A DNA stretch of 60,240 bases, from assembly GCA_038842485.1 (NCBI GenBank), contig JAWBSP010000003.1, positions 1 through 60,240 on the forward strand, read 5' to 3'. A program made the translations under genes and the position numbers. Shown one piece after another: positions 39,379-49,408 of this stretch. Position 1 is the stretch's first letter. The number at the start of each line of letters is the position of its first letter. This DNA is from Candidatus Hadarchaeales archaeon (GTDB lineage: Archaea > Hadarchaeota > Hadarchaeia > Hadarchaeales > JAWBSP01). The notes under the pieces are model-generated. The model saw only the letters and a program-made list of their open reading frames with translations, searched no databases and was not told the DNA's origin.

Positions 39379-40155
39379 ATGGAGTTAACGCGCCTGAGGG
39401 TAGTGGTTTTAATTTTGCTTGCTCTATCCGCTACCTCCTTCCTCCTCCACTACCATACCCGCCCAGTCATAGCGGTGATAAGGGTGGAGGGGAGCATCGA
39501 GGACTTTTATGCGTACCCTGATCTTGCAAAACAGGCGATGAGGGACGACAAAATCAAGGCGGTAGTCCTAGTGGTGGACAGTTACGGAGGAACCGTGGAC
39601 GCGTGTTTCCAAGCCGAACAGTCCTTCAGGGAGCTGAATGCCAGAAAGCCGGTGGTGGTCTCCATGGGACAGTACGCCACTTCCGGGGCCTACTTGATTA
39701 GCAGCGCCTCCAGCTACATCTACGCATACGAGTACACGACCACGGGAGGGCTGGGAGTGATAGCGGTGTGGGTCAGCTACGAGAACTACCTCGCGAAAGA
39801 AGGAATAAAGTACTACGTGTGGAAATCGGGGGAAATGAAGGATATAGGCGCGCCCTGGCGGGGACCAACGGAGGAGGAGAATCGTAAACTGCAGGAACTG
39901 GTCGATGAGTACATGGAGAAACTCCTTAGAATAATAGACAACAACAGAAGACGCGACAATCGTCCCCTCCTCAAAAATCTGGACGAGCTGAAGAAAGGGG
40001 AAGTGTACTATGGGGAGGATGCCATAGCCTACGGGCTGGTGGATGAACTGGGTGACTTCAAGGATGCGGAGAGGAAGGCGGCCACCCTCAGCGGACTGAA
40101 AGAAGGGGAATACAGAGTAGTGGAACTGAAACCTAGGACTCGACCTGCTTCTTGA
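39379..40155 (+). CDS. S49 family peptidase (SppA-like)
   Basis: N-terminal TM, DSYGG, ATSGAY, SGEMKD, GLVDELG. Confidence 0.88.
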   Translation: MELTRLRVVVLILLALSATSFLLHYHTRPVIAVIRVEGSIEDFYAYPDLAKQAMRDDKIKAVVLVVDSYGGTVDACFQAEQSFRELNARKPVVVSMGQYATSGAYLISSASSYIYAYEYTTTGGLGVIAVWVSYENYLAKEGIKYYVWKSGEMKDIGAPWRGPTEEENRKLQELVDEYMEKLLRIIDNNRRRDNRPLLKNLDELKKGEVYYGEDAIAYGLVDELGDFKDAERKAATLSGLKEGEYRVVELKPRTRPAS

Positions 40156-42265
40156 TGCTCCTCGCTAGCTCGGGCCCAAGATGGGGAACCCTTGAGAGCT
40201 CAGCCTCCGTTGCCTTCCTGATGTCAGAGAGCCCGCGGTACCCGGCCTCAAACAGACTTCTCGCTCGCACCCTGCCGATCCCCCTCAGCTGAACCAGCTC
40301 GAGCAGCTCCCTCTTTATCCCGTACCGAACCCTGACCTGTAACTCCCTTAGCGGGGCAAGCACCTTCCTCGCCCTGAAAAGCTTGGCGAGTTCGTGCGCG
40401 CTGTAGAGGAGCCACTCGGCAGTTTCAGCCATTCTCCTGATGTCCCCTGCTCCAACCCCAAATGTATCGTGAATGGCATCCTCGCTCTCCTCCTCCACCC
40501 ACTCCTCCAGCATCCGTGCCGTCTTGACCTCTCGGAGGAAGTACTCGTAAGCAACTTCGTCAGAGGGATCCGGAAGAGGAAGGAGAAATTCCTCAGCGCG
40601 GGAACTCGCAAGGGCCTCATACCTTTCCGCGTCCCTCCCCAGCCCGAGTAGGGGCATGTCTGGGGTGTGGCAAATCAGATGGAGCAGGGAAAAATCGGTG
40701 GGTGCGGAAGTGGCACCCTTTACCCCGTCTCTCAGGTTTACGGCCGAGAGGGGGTCGATGTAAAGTGCGGAAACCTTCTGCCCGAACTCGGTAGCCAGAA
40801 GGTTCTCCCCCCTCTTGGTGACCATCCCCTCCTCGCTCAGAAACTCGAGAACTCTCTCCAGGAGGGGAACCATCTTCTTCACCCCTCGCTGATAGGAGAA
40901 GAAGGTGTGGGAGAAGAAATCAATCAGGCCCTCAAGACTCTCCGCATAGCCCGAGGCAATGCAGGCAAGAACATGGGAACGGAGGGCCGGCTCGGCCGCA
41001 AGCTTAGAAACCAGCCTCTCGGGGGGAGAATTGATGAACCCCTCAAAGAGAGCCTCGGCCTCCTCCTCCCCTTCCGCCAGCAGAAGAGCCTCCCCAAACT
41101 TGTCATACTTGGGCCTTCCCGCCCTACCACAGAGCTGGTGGAACTCCAGAACGGGGATGAACTCCGCCCCGTGCTCCACGCTGTACCTCCTGTAGTCCCT
41201 TATGATAACCCTCCTCGCGGGTAGATTGACCCCCATTGCTAGAGTAGGAGTGGCGCACAACACCTTGATCAACCCCTCCCTGAAGGCCTGCTCCACCTCC
41301 CTCCGCTGGAGCATGTGCAGACCCGCATGGTGGAAGGCAACCCCTCGTCTCACACAGGAGGCGAGAAGCCTGCATGTCCTGGTGGGCTCATCCAAGGCCC
41401 GCTCAATCCTGTCCGCCACCTCGAGCAGCTCTCTCTCAACCTCAAGCGAGAGCCCCTCCGCCAATAAACTTGCTAGGGACTGGGCCGACCGCCTCGTGCT
41501 CAGAAAGATCAGAACCTGCCCCCCTTCAGAGAGGGTGTCCATCACTAGGGAGTGAATCGGGTTACCCTTCTCGCGCACCTTCCGCTCGGTGCCATCGTCG
41601 AAGCGGATTTTTCCTTTGAAGTAGACGCCCTTCCTCAGCGGCACTGGTCTCCACTCGCTCTCCACTAGCTCCGCCCCAAGCCACTCCGCGACCTCTCCAG
41701 AGTTCCTCACGGTGGCGCTCAAGGCCACAAGCTGGAGCCCTGGATTCACCTGTCTGAGTCTGGCGGTCAGAACCTCTAGAGTGGGACCTCTCCCCGGATC
41801 ACCCAGCAAATGCACCTCATCCAAGACCGCCACGGAAATCAGATCAGCGAGCCATTTTGCCCTATGCCTGAGCAGGGAATCCACCCTCTCCGAGGTGGCA
41901 ATCAGCAGGTCGTAACTCGCGAGCCTAGGGTCGGCCGTGTCGTAGTCACCGGTGCTTATCCCCACCTTCACGCCGAGCGCCGAGTACTTCTCCTTGAACT
42001 CCTCGTACTTCTCGCTTGCCAAGGCACGGAGGGGAACGATGTACAGAGCCTTACCACCACCGAGAATGTGCTTTAGCATGCAGAGCTCAGCAACAAGGGT
42101 CTTGCCGGCGGCCGTTGGGATGCAGACAACCATGCTCTTCCCACCGAGCACTCCCTTTCGCACGCACTCGGCTTGAGGTGGATAGAGCTCCTCAATTCCA
42201 TGCTTCTTCAGGATCTCCACAACCTCCTCCGGTAGGCCGTAATCGATTAGCTCCGAAATCTTCAC
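40133..42265 (-). CDS. hel308: Ski2-like DNA helicase Hel308/Hjm
   Basis: PTAAGKT, DEVH, LSAT, FHHAGL, TLAMGVNLPA, GRAGRP, GIGRVRAR. Confidence 0.95.
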   Translation of the reverse strand: MKISELIDYGLPEEVVEILKKHGIEELYPPQAECVRKGVLGGKSMVVCIPTAAGKTLVAELCMLKHILGGGKALYIVPLRALASEKYEEFKEKYSALGVKVGISTGDYDTADPRLASYDLLIATSERVDSLLRHRAKWLADLISVAVLDEVHLLGDPGRGPTLEVLTARLRQVNPGLQLVALSATVRNSGEVAEWLGAELVESEWRPVPLRKGVYFKGKIRFDDGTERKVREKGNPIHSLVMDTLSEGGQVLIFLSTRRSAQSLASLLAEGLSLEVERELLEVADRIERALDEPTRTCRLLASCVRRGVAFHHAGLHMLQRREVEQAFREGLIKVLCATPTLAMGVNLPARRVIIRDYRRYSVEHGAEFIPVLEFHQLCGRAGRPKYDKFGEALLLAEGEEEAEALFEGFINSPPERLVSKLAAEPALRSHVLACIASGYAESLEGLIDFFSHTFFSYQRGVKKMVPLLERVLEFLSEEGMVTKRGENLLATEFGQKVSALYIDPLSAVNLRDGVKGATSAPTDFSLLHLICHTPDMPLLGLGRDAERYEALASSRAEEFLLPLPDPSDEVAYEYFLREVKTARMLEEWVEEESEDAIHDTFGVGAGDIRRMAETAEWLLYSAHELAKLFRARKVLAPLRELQVRVRYGIKRELLELVQLRGIGRVRARSLFEAGYRGLSDIRKATEAELSRVPHLGPELARSIKKQVES

Positions 42266-42272
42266 TCATAGA

Positions 42273-43688
42273 ATGGACGGTGAGGGAAAAATCATGCCAG
42301 TTGCCAGGACCTGCCTGAAACCAGTCCGTTCGATCTCGGGGGTTTCAGTGATAACGGTGATGGTCAGCCCCAGAAGCTGCCCACAGCCCTCGCCCTGCAT
42401 TTACTGTCCGGGAGGCCCAAAATCGGGAACCCCCCAGAGCTACACCGGGAGAGAACCCGCCAGCATGAGGGCTCTGCAGTACCAATTCGATCCCTTCCTC
42501 CAAGTGGAAGCCAGAGTGAAACAGCTTGAGGCAATGGGACACTGGGTCGACAAGATTGAGCTGATAATCTTCGGTGGGACCCTGACTGCTTACCCACCAG
42601 AATATCTCCGGTGGTTTGTTAAGAGGTGCTTGGATGCGCTGAACGGGTGCTCTTCCGCCTCCCTAGAGGAAGCCAAGCAGCTGGCCGAAAACTCCAAGAG
42701 GAGGGTGAGTAACATCGTCTTCGAGACCAGGCCGGACTGGTGCAGAGAAGAGCACCTTGATCTCCTTCTTGAACTGGGAGGAACCCGCGTGGAGCTGGGA
42801 GTCCAAATCCTCGACGATTCCATCTACCGCATAGTGAAAAGAGGACACACCACCCAAGATGTCGCCCAAGCCACTCAGCTGGCGAGGGATGCTGGGTTTT
42901 CGGTGACGTATCATCTCATGACTGGCCTGCCGGGTTCCTCACCTCAAAAGGATCTAGAGAGTTTCAAGAGGGTGTTAGAGGACCCAAACTTCAAGCCGGA
43001 TGGCCTCAAGATTTATCCCACCATGGTTCTGCCAGGAACCGAGCTCTACGAACTTTGGAAGAGGGGGGAATACCGCCCGTACTCGGAAGAGGAGCTGGTA
43101 GGACTTTTGGTGGAGATGAAAAGGATGGTTCCCCCCTGGATGAGAATCCACAGGATTCTGAGGGATATCCCCATCAACCTGACCGTTGCCGGTCCCAAGC
43201 GCGGGGATCTGAGAAGGGTGATCCAGGAAAGGCTAAACGGAGGGTGTAGATGTATAAGGTGCCGGGAGATTGGCCACGTATACTATCGCACCGGGAAAAT
43301 CCCGGAGGGGGAGGTTGAATTCAAGGTGGAAAAATACCAGGCTGGAGGAGGGTGGGAATTCTTCCTGACTCTGGAGAAAGGGGGAGCGCTTGTGGGCCTT
43401 CTAAGGCTCAGACTTCCCTCCGGACTCGCCCACAGACCCGAGATACAGGGTGCGGCGGTGGTGAGGGAGCTTCACATCTTTGGAGAGATGGTTCCGGTGG
43501 GGTGTAAGCCGTGGGTAGGTGCGATGCAACACAGAGGCTTCGGTGCGAGGCTGCTGCGCGAGGCGGAGGAAATCGCCAAGGAGGAGGGTGCCAAGAAACT
43601 GCTCGTGCTCTCCGGCCTTGGGGTGAGGAACTACTACAGAAAGTTTGGCTTTGAGGAAGATGGCCCCTATATGTCGAAGAAACTTTGA
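42273..43688 (+). CDS. elp3: tRNA U34 acetyltransferase Elp3 (radical SAM + KAT)
   Basis: KPVRSISG, CIYCPGG, QSYTG, ETRPD, CRCIRCRE, QHRGFG, GVRNYY; start could be 42294. Confidence 0.94.
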   Translation: MDGEGKIMPVARTCLKPVRSISGVSVITVMVSPRSCPQPSPCIYCPGGPKSGTPQSYTGREPASMRALQYQFDPFLQVEARVKQLEAMGHWVDKIELIIFGGTLTAYPPEYLRWFVKRCLDALNGCSSASLEEAKQLAENSKRRVSNIVFETRPDWCREEHLDLLLELGGTRVELGVQILDDSIYRIVKRGHTTQDVAQATQLARDAGFSVTYHLMTGLPGSSPQKDLESFKRVLEDPNFKPDGLKIYPTMVLPGTELYELWKRGEYRPYSEEELVGLLVEMKRMVPPWMRIHRILRDIPINLTVAGPKRGDLRRVIQERLNGGCRCIRCREIGHVYYRTGKIPEGEVEFKVEKYQAGGGWEFFLTLEKGGALVGLLRLRLPSGLAHRPEIQGAAVVRELHIFGEMVPVGCKPWVGAMQHRGFGARLLREAEEIAKEEGAKKLLVLSGLGVRNYYRKFGFEEDGPYMSKKL

Positions 43689-44416
43689 GCGCCCTCAACC
43701 TCATTTTCCTAGGAACGGCTGGTTGCGGCAAGAGTACCATGACATCCAGCTTCGGGAAATGGCTGGAGAAGGAGCTCGGGATGAAAACCCTGTATGTGAA
43801 CCTCGACCCCGGTTGCGAACAGCTCCCCTATCAGCCCGATTTTGACGTGAGAAACTACTTCACCATCACAGAACTCATGAGAAGGGAAGGGCTTGGACCC
43901 AACGGTGCCATGATCAGGGCTTGTGAGCTCATGGAAAGCAAGATCCCAGAGTTCGCTCTCGAAATCAATCGTCTGGGTGGAGAGGTGAGGCTCCTGGATA
44001 CTCCGGGTCAGATGGAGGTCTTCCTCTTTCATGGGGGACCGGAGATGGCCAAGCTGGTTGAGGGCTTCACTGTCTGCCTTTTCCTGATGGATGCCAAGCT
44101 CGTTCTTCAGTCTTTCGGTTCTACGCTCGTGAGGCTACTCGGGCTTTCGGTGGGCCTGAGAATGGGAATCCCAACCGTGAGCATCCTAAACAAGATTGAC
44201 TTAATCGAACGCAGGGAAGAGCTGGAGAGGCTCCTCGCTGTTCCGGCTTTCGGGACGGGCGTTCTCTCTGACTTGACGGGGTCGCTTTCTCAGCTCTTGC
44301 TCCAATTCCTTCCACCAGCAAGAATACTCAAAACCAGTGCAATCTCAGGGGAAGGATTCAAGGAGATGTATGATCTCATTCATGAAACTCGGTGTGCCTG
44401 CGGGGATCTGACCTAG
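43685..44416 (+). CDS. GPN-loop GTPase
   Basis: GTAGCGKS, NLDPG, LGPNG, DTPGQME, NKID. Confidence 0.92.
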   Translation: MSALNLIFLGTAGCGKSTMTSSFGKWLEKELGMKTLYVNLDPGCEQLPYQPDFDVRNYFTITELMRREGLGPNGAMIRACELMESKIPEFALEINRLGGEVRLLDTPGQMEVFLFHGGPEMAKLVEGFTVCLFLMDAKLVLQSFGSTLVRLLGLSVGLRMGIPTVSILNKIDLIERREELERLLAVPAFGTGVLSDLTGSLSQLLLQFLPPARILKTSAISGEGFKEMYDLIHETRCACGDLT

Positions 44417-44456
44417 GTCTTGCTCACCGAGTTATGTAAAAAGTTTAAAATGAGTA

Positions 44457-45326
44457 GTGATGGAAATCCTAAACTACTCTGACCTGCCTCTCCCACTTTG
44501 GAAGAGGGGAAAGGTCCGTGACGTCTATGATCTCGGGGAAAACCTGCTGATAGTTTCGACCGACAGGATCTCCGCCTTTGATGTGGTCCTGCCCACCCCC
44601 ATCCCCTTCAAGGGTATGGTGCTGAACAAGCTTTCGGAGTTCTGGTTCAGGTTTACCGATGATCTCTGCCCAAATCACCTGCTAACGGCGGAGCTGGAGG
44701 AGTTCCCCTCCCCTCTCAGGGAATTTCGTGTGCTGGAGGGCAGATCCATGTTGGTGAGGAAGACCAAACCCATTCCAGTTGAATGCGTCGTCCGCGGGTA
44801 TCTATACGGCTCGGCTTGGGCAGAGTACCAAAAGAGGGGATCTGCTTACGGCATCCCCCTGCCTAGCGGGATGAAGCTGGCTGAGAAACTGCCCAACCCA
44901 ATCTTTACTCCCACCACTAAGGAAGAAGGAGGTCATGATCGACCCCTTACCCGCGAGGACGCCATTAAGTTAACGGGGGGACTCTTGAAGGAGATGGAGG
45001 AGAGAGCTCTGGAGATATACGAGAGAGCTTGCTGGCATGCCGAGAGAAGGGGAATACTGATTGCGGACACCAAAATGGAATTTGGGCTGGCAAACGAGGA
45101 GATGCTACTGATTGACGAACTCCTCACCCCAGATTCCTCTAGGTTCTGGCCCGCAGACACTTATGAACCCGGAAAGCCCCAGCCCAGCTTTGACAAACAG
45201 TATGTAAGGGACTACTTGGAAGGGCTGGGCTGGAACAAACAGCCCCCCGCCCCCGAGCTCCCACCGGAAGTGGTGAAGAAGACCACAGAAAAGTATCTCG
45301 AGGCACTCGGAAGGCTGACCGCATGA
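44457..45326 (+). CDS. purC: SAICAR synthetase
   Basis: GKVRDVY, DRISAFD, ECVVRGY, ADTKMEFG, DELLTPDSSRFW. Confidence 0.96.
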   Translation: MMEILNYSDLPLPLWKRGKVRDVYDLGENLLIVSTDRISAFDVVLPTPIPFKGMVLNKLSEFWFRFTDDLCPNHLLTAELEEFPSPLREFRVLEGRSMLVRKTKPIPVECVVRGYLYGSAWAEYQKRGSAYGIPLPSGMKLAEKLPNPIFTPTTKEEGGHDRPLTREDAIKLTGGLLKEMEERALEIYERACWHAERRGILIADTKMEFGLANEEMLLIDELLTPDSSRFWPADTYEPGKPQPSFDKQYVRDYLEGLGWNKQPPAPELPPEVVKKTTEKYLEALGRLTA

Positions 45327-46501
45327 GGCTTTCGAAGAGGGTTTCGTTGATCTCTCCCTCACCAACGCTGGGGATCTCGGCCAGGGCTAGGGAGCTGAGG
45401 GCTGCGGGGAGGGATGTGATAGACCTGGGCGTTGGGGAGCCCGATTTCGACACGCCGGAGAACATAAAAGAGAAAGCCAAGGTAGCAATAGCCAGGGGTT
45501 TCACGAAGTATACTCCTGCCTCCGGGATAAGGGAGCTGAAGCAGGCGATCTGTGAGAAGCTGAAGCGGGAAAATGACTTGAGCTACTCGGTCGAGGAGGT
45601 CGCCGTCTCCTGCGGCGCCAAACACTCCATCTTCAACGTGCTTTTCGCCCTCCTAGAGGAGAATGACGAGGTGCTTATCCCCTCCCCTTACTGGGTAAGC
45701 TATCCAGAGATGGTCAAGCTGTCGGGGGGGGTTCCGGTGATTCTCCCGACTGAGGAGAGAACTGGGTTCAGGGTGACACCCGAGCAGCTGGAGGAAGCCA
45801 TCACTCCCAGAACCAAAGTTTTCATCCTGAACTCCCCCTGCAATCCAACGGGGGCGGTCTACCCCAAATCCGAACTCGAGAAATTGGCAGAGGTCCTTGT
45901 GAGGAAGGGAGTTTACTGCCTCTCGGACGAGGTGTACGAGAAGTTTGTGTATGGGGTGGAACACGTCAGCATCGCAAGCTTCCCCGGCATGAAGGAGCTC
46001 ACGGTGGTGGTTAACGGTGTCTCCAAGACCTATGCCATGACGGGCTGGAGGATCGGGTACGCTGCGGGACCAAAGGACCTCATCGCGGCGGTTTCGCGAA
46101 TCCAGGATCATACCACTTCCAACCCCACTTCCATAAGTCAGCATGCCGCGCTGGAAGCCCTCACGGGACCCCAGACCTCAATTCACCAAATGGTGGAAGA
46201 GTTCAGGCGTAGAAGAGATTTGGTCCTCAAAAGACTCGAGGAAATGGGGCTGAGATGTCCCAGACCTGATGGAGCTTTTTACATTTTCCCGCGAATCTCT
46301 CAGTTTTTCACGAGCGAGGTGGGGAACTCCACCACCTTCTGTCAGTTGCTGCTGGAGAGGGAGAGTGTGGCGACGGTACCGGGGGCGGCCTTCGGCAGTG
46401 ACGACCACCTCAGGATTTCCTACGCCGCCTCGGTAGAAAGCCTAGAAAAGGGGATGGAGAGGCTCAGACGCTTCCTAGGGGACCTCAAACCGAATTATTA
46501 A
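45323..46501 (+). CDS. aspC: Class I/II aminotransferase (aspartate aminotransferase-like)
   Basis: GEPDF, NSPCNPTG, SDEVYE, SKTYAMTGWRIGY, LRISYA. Confidence 0.92.
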   Translation: MRLSKRVSLISPSPTLGISARARELRAAGRDVIDLGVGEPDFDTPENIKEKAKVAIARGFTKYTPASGIRELKQAICEKLKRENDLSYSVEEVAVSCGAKHSIFNVLFALLEENDEVLIPSPYWVSYPEMVKLSGGVPVILPTEERTGFRVTPEQLEEAITPRTKVFILNSPCNPTGAVYPKSELEKLAEVLVRKGVYCLSDEVYEKFVYGVEHVSIASFPGMKELTVVVNGVSKTYAMTGWRIGYAAGPKDLIAAVSRIQDHTTSNPTSISQHAALEALTGPQTSIHQMVEEFRRRRDLVLKRLEEMGLRCPRPDGAFYIFPRISQFFTSEVGNSTTFCQLLLERESVATVPGAAFGSDDHLRISYAASVESLEKGMERLRRFLGDLKPNY

Positions 46502-46520
46502 GGGTATGGAAAGGTTTTAG

Positions 46521-47207
46521 ATGCTAAGCTTCCCGCTGCTGGTGGTGAACTTCAAGACCTACAGCCAGGGGACGGGGGAGGCCGCCGTCAAGCTGGCGAG
46601 GATCATAGAGGAGGTGGCAAAGGCGAATGGAGTGAGTGCGGCCATAGCGGTTCAACCCTTTGATGTGAGATGGGTAGCGAAAACCGTAGACATCCCCGTC
46701 CTAGCACAGCACCTAGACCCGGTGACCCCAGGATCCAACACGGGCTGGCTCCTCCCCGAGGCCGCGAAGGAAGCCGGGGCAGTGGGTTCCCTCCTCAACC
46801 ACTCGGAGCGCCCGTTAGATTTCGAGCATGTGGCGGCCGGGGTCAAGAGGTTGCACGAGTTGGGGATGGTCACCATTGTCTGCGCCAAGGATGCAGAAAC
46901 GGCGGTCAAGCTGGCCACCCTGAACCCGGAGGCAGTGGCGGTGGAGCCCCCCGAGCTCATCGGGACGGGCAGAGCCGTCTCCAAAGTTAAACCAGAGGTG
47001 GTGAGCGAGTCGGTCAAAAGGATAAAAACGGTGAATCCCAGAGTCCGCGTGCTCTGTGGGGCTGGCGTCTCCTCAGGTGAGGACGCGGCACTCGCCCTCA
47101 AGCTCGGAGCCGAGGGTGTGCTGCTGGCCTCCTATGTGGTCTGTGCTAAGGACCAGAGGGCAGCAGTAGAAGATATAATAGGGGGGATGCTCTCCTTTAA
47201 GAAATGA
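46521..47207 (+). CDS. tpiA: Triosephosphate isomerase (archaeal type)
   Basis: VNFKTY, LNHSE, VEPPELIGTG, CGAG, GVLLAS. Confidence 0.96.
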   Translation: MLSFPLLVVNFKTYSQGTGEAAVKLARIIEEVAKANGVSAAIAVQPFDVRWVAKTVDIPVLAQHLDPVTPGSNTGWLLPEAAKEAGAVGSLLNHSERPLDFEHVAAGVKRLHELGMVTIVCAKDAETAVKLATLNPEAVAVEPPELIGTGRAVSKVKPEVVSESVKRIKTVNPRVRVLCGAGVSSGEDAALALKLGAEGVLLASYVVCAKDQRAAVEDIIGGMLSFKK

Positions 47208-47782
47208 AACTCCTGCCCAGGAGTTTCTACGAGAGAGATCCAGCGATTGTGGCACAGGAGCTACTTGGGAAGTACATTGTGAGAAGACTCAAGAATCACA
47301 CACTCGTCGCAAGAATCTGCGAAACGGAAGCCTATTACGGCAGGGGTGATCCTGCCTCCAGGGCCTACAAGAGAAAGACCAAGCTAAACTGGCCCATGTG
47401 GGGACAGGGGGGAATCGCCTTCATTTACATGGTTCACGGACACTGGCTCTTTAATGTCACGGCGGATCGGGTGGGAAGAGCGGGGGCTGTGCTTCTAAGG
47501 TCCGCCGAACCGGTGGAGGGGGTGGAGTACATGCTAAAGTGCAGGGGTACCAAGGACAAGTACTCCCTGTGCGCGGGACCCGGCAAGCTCACCATGAGCC
47601 TCCAGATAACCGGCGAGCTGAACGGGGTAAACCTCACCAAGTTCGGGGAGCTTACCATCGAAGCCGGCAAGGAGGAGAACTTCAAAATTGCGAGCGCATA
47701 CAGGGTCGGGGTGAAGAGAGACCTGATGAGGAAGCTCAGGTTTTACATTGAGGGATCTCCCTACGTCTCAAAGAGGGGCTGA
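47204..47782 (+). CDS. mpg: 3-methyladenine DNA glycosylase (MPG/AAG family)
   Basis: ETEAY, DPASRA, YMVHG, AVLLR, GPGKL, RVGV. Confidence 0.92.
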   Translation: MKLLPRSFYERDPAIVAQELLGKYIVRRLKNHTLVARICETEAYYGRGDPASRAYKRKTKLNWPMWGQGGIAFIYMVHGHWLFNVTADRVGRAGAVLLRSAEPVEGVEYMLKCRGTKDKYSLCAGPGKLTMSLQITGELNGVNLTKFGELTIEAGKEENFKIASAYRVGVKRDLMRKLRFYIEGSPYVSKRG

Positions 47783-47824
47783 GTTTGGATAGGAAGTTGC
47801 AAAACCCAAGCTTCCCTTTAGGGA

Positions 47825-48259
47825 TTACCCGTAACCTTTCCTCAGACCGTACCGCTCACAGAGCTCGTCGAGTTTTCTCCTGAGCTTCAGATCCATCTCC
47901 CTCTGTTGAGGGGAGAGAAGGGAGAGAGGAGAAGCCTCGGCCCTTCTGCCCACCCCAGCGGCGAGTATCAGAGCATCTTCCTCCTTGGGGTGAATGGTTG
48001 CCAGACTAAAGGGTAGGGGCTCACCTTGCTCCATGAGGCGCTTTACCCTTTCATCCACCCGCTCCGCCAGCCTTACACCCGCTCCCACCATCTCAAAAGG
48101 ACTCTTCGGTTCCCCCTTGATCTGCCACAGCTTCCCCGCTCCGTAGAAAAAGAGATCGGTGAAGCCCCGAGAATCCAAGCCCTTTAGAACCCTCCACCCC
48201 CTCGGGCTCTTCCTGTACTCACGCAAAAGCTCCTCCATAAGCTCAGCTACCGGCTTCAT
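47825..48259 (-). CDS. Hypothetical protein
   Basis: Codon style matches neighbours; directly downstream of the radical SAM gene; no recognised motif. Confidence 0.65.
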   Translation of the reverse strand: MKPVAELMEELLREYRKSPRGWRVLKGLDSRGFTDLFFYGAGKLWQIKGEPKSPFEMVGAGVRLAERVDERVKRLMEQGEPLPFSLATIHPKEEDALILAAGVGRRAEASPLSLLSPQQREMDLKLRRKLDELCERYGLRKGYG

Positions 48260-48298
48260 CAAAAATTTCTCCTTGCCCCAATTGTACTCACTAGTGGC

Positions 48299-49384
48299 TC
48301 AGGGGATTATCTCGCACCCATTGAACTCTAAGTAATCAAAATCCTCCATCTTAACTCTTCCCTCCTCCAGAACCCTTCTAATTCTCGGCAGCAATTGAAG
48401 AAGGCTCTCCAGCAGGTTGCGCACACTCTGGCAGACGAGCTTGTAGGAGGCCCCCCACTTCTGGGTTATGGCCGCATAAAGGCACCTCCCCCCACACACT
48501 TCCAGAAGTTCGCATTGGGCACACGGGCCCGAGGGAAAGATCTTCGGGAGGTTTAGAGGATCTGAGCTCTCTATCGAACCGAGGTAGTAACTTCTCATCC
48601 CCCACATGGCCGGACAGGGGACAATCCTGCCGTCGGTCTGGATAGCATAGTTCGAGTGCCCAGCCCCGCACCTCATCCAGCACCGCTCGTGGAGCAGGAG
48701 GGAGCGCGCTACACCGAGCAAGGGATAGATCCTCAGAACCTTACCCCCCTCCATCTGCCTGACCCACCACTCTGCCAGCCTCCTCACCCCAAGATTATAC
48801 CCTTCCACCCAGTCAGCAAAATTCCTCCGATCCGCATCGGCCCAAAACCCGGCGTTCAGCTGCCAGTGTACCGAGCGGAAGGGAAAATCCTCATTTGTGA
48901 GGAGCCAGGTCACCTCCTCGAAGATATCCACGGGTTCCATCACCGTCATCCTCGCCACCAGCTCCCCCCCAAAATCGAGACGTCTGAGGTTCTCTAACAC
49001 CCTGCGGAAAGTCCCCTTCCCCCTGAAGAAATCGGTGGTCTCCTCCCTCCCATCTATGGAGAGGAGGATGGTGTGAAGGCGGGAGAGGTACTCGGGGGGC
49101 AGGTGGTTCAGCAGAAGTCCGTTGGTCTGGAGGATGAACCTCGCCTTCACGTGATCCATCAGCCAGAGCATCCCCTCGAGCGCCAGCAGGGGTTCCCCGC
49201 CGTAAAAGATGAGGGTAGGGTCGGGGTCCCTCTCGAGGAAACTCTTGAGGCCCTCGAAATCCGTGAATTCCTCCGGCAGGCAGAGATCCGCGCTGAAGGG
49301 GAAGGGCTTGTCCTCCATAGCACTTCCGTAGCAGTACCTGCAGCTCAGATTGCACCTCGTGGTGAGGAAGAGGTGGAAGAACAT
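48299..49384 (-). CDS. Radical SAM/SPASM protein (AF0577-like family)
   Basis: CNLSCRYC, FYGGEP, QTNG, SIDG; C-terminal CGAG..PCP..CAQC...CGGRC. Confidence 0.85.
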   Translation of the reverse strand: MFFHLFLTTRCNLSCRYCYGSAMEDKPFPFSADLCLPEEFTDFEGLKSFLERDPDPTLIFYGGEPLLALEGMLWLMDHVKARFILQTNGLLLNHLPPEYLSRLHTILLSIDGREETTDFFRGKGTFRRVLENLRRLDFGGELVARMTVMEPVDIFEEVTWLLTNEDFPFRSVHWQLNAGFWADADRRNFADWVEGYNLGVRRLAEWWVRQMEGGKVLRIYPLLGVARSLLLHERCWMRCGAGHSNYAIQTDGRIVPCPAMWGMRSYYLGSIESSDPLNLPKIFPSGPCAQCELLEVCGGRCLYAAITQKWGASYKLVCQSVRNLLESLLQLLPRIRRVLEEGRVKMEDFDYLEFNGCEIIP

Positions 49385-49408
49385 TTTGAACTCTGAGCCA
49401 ATTTATTT

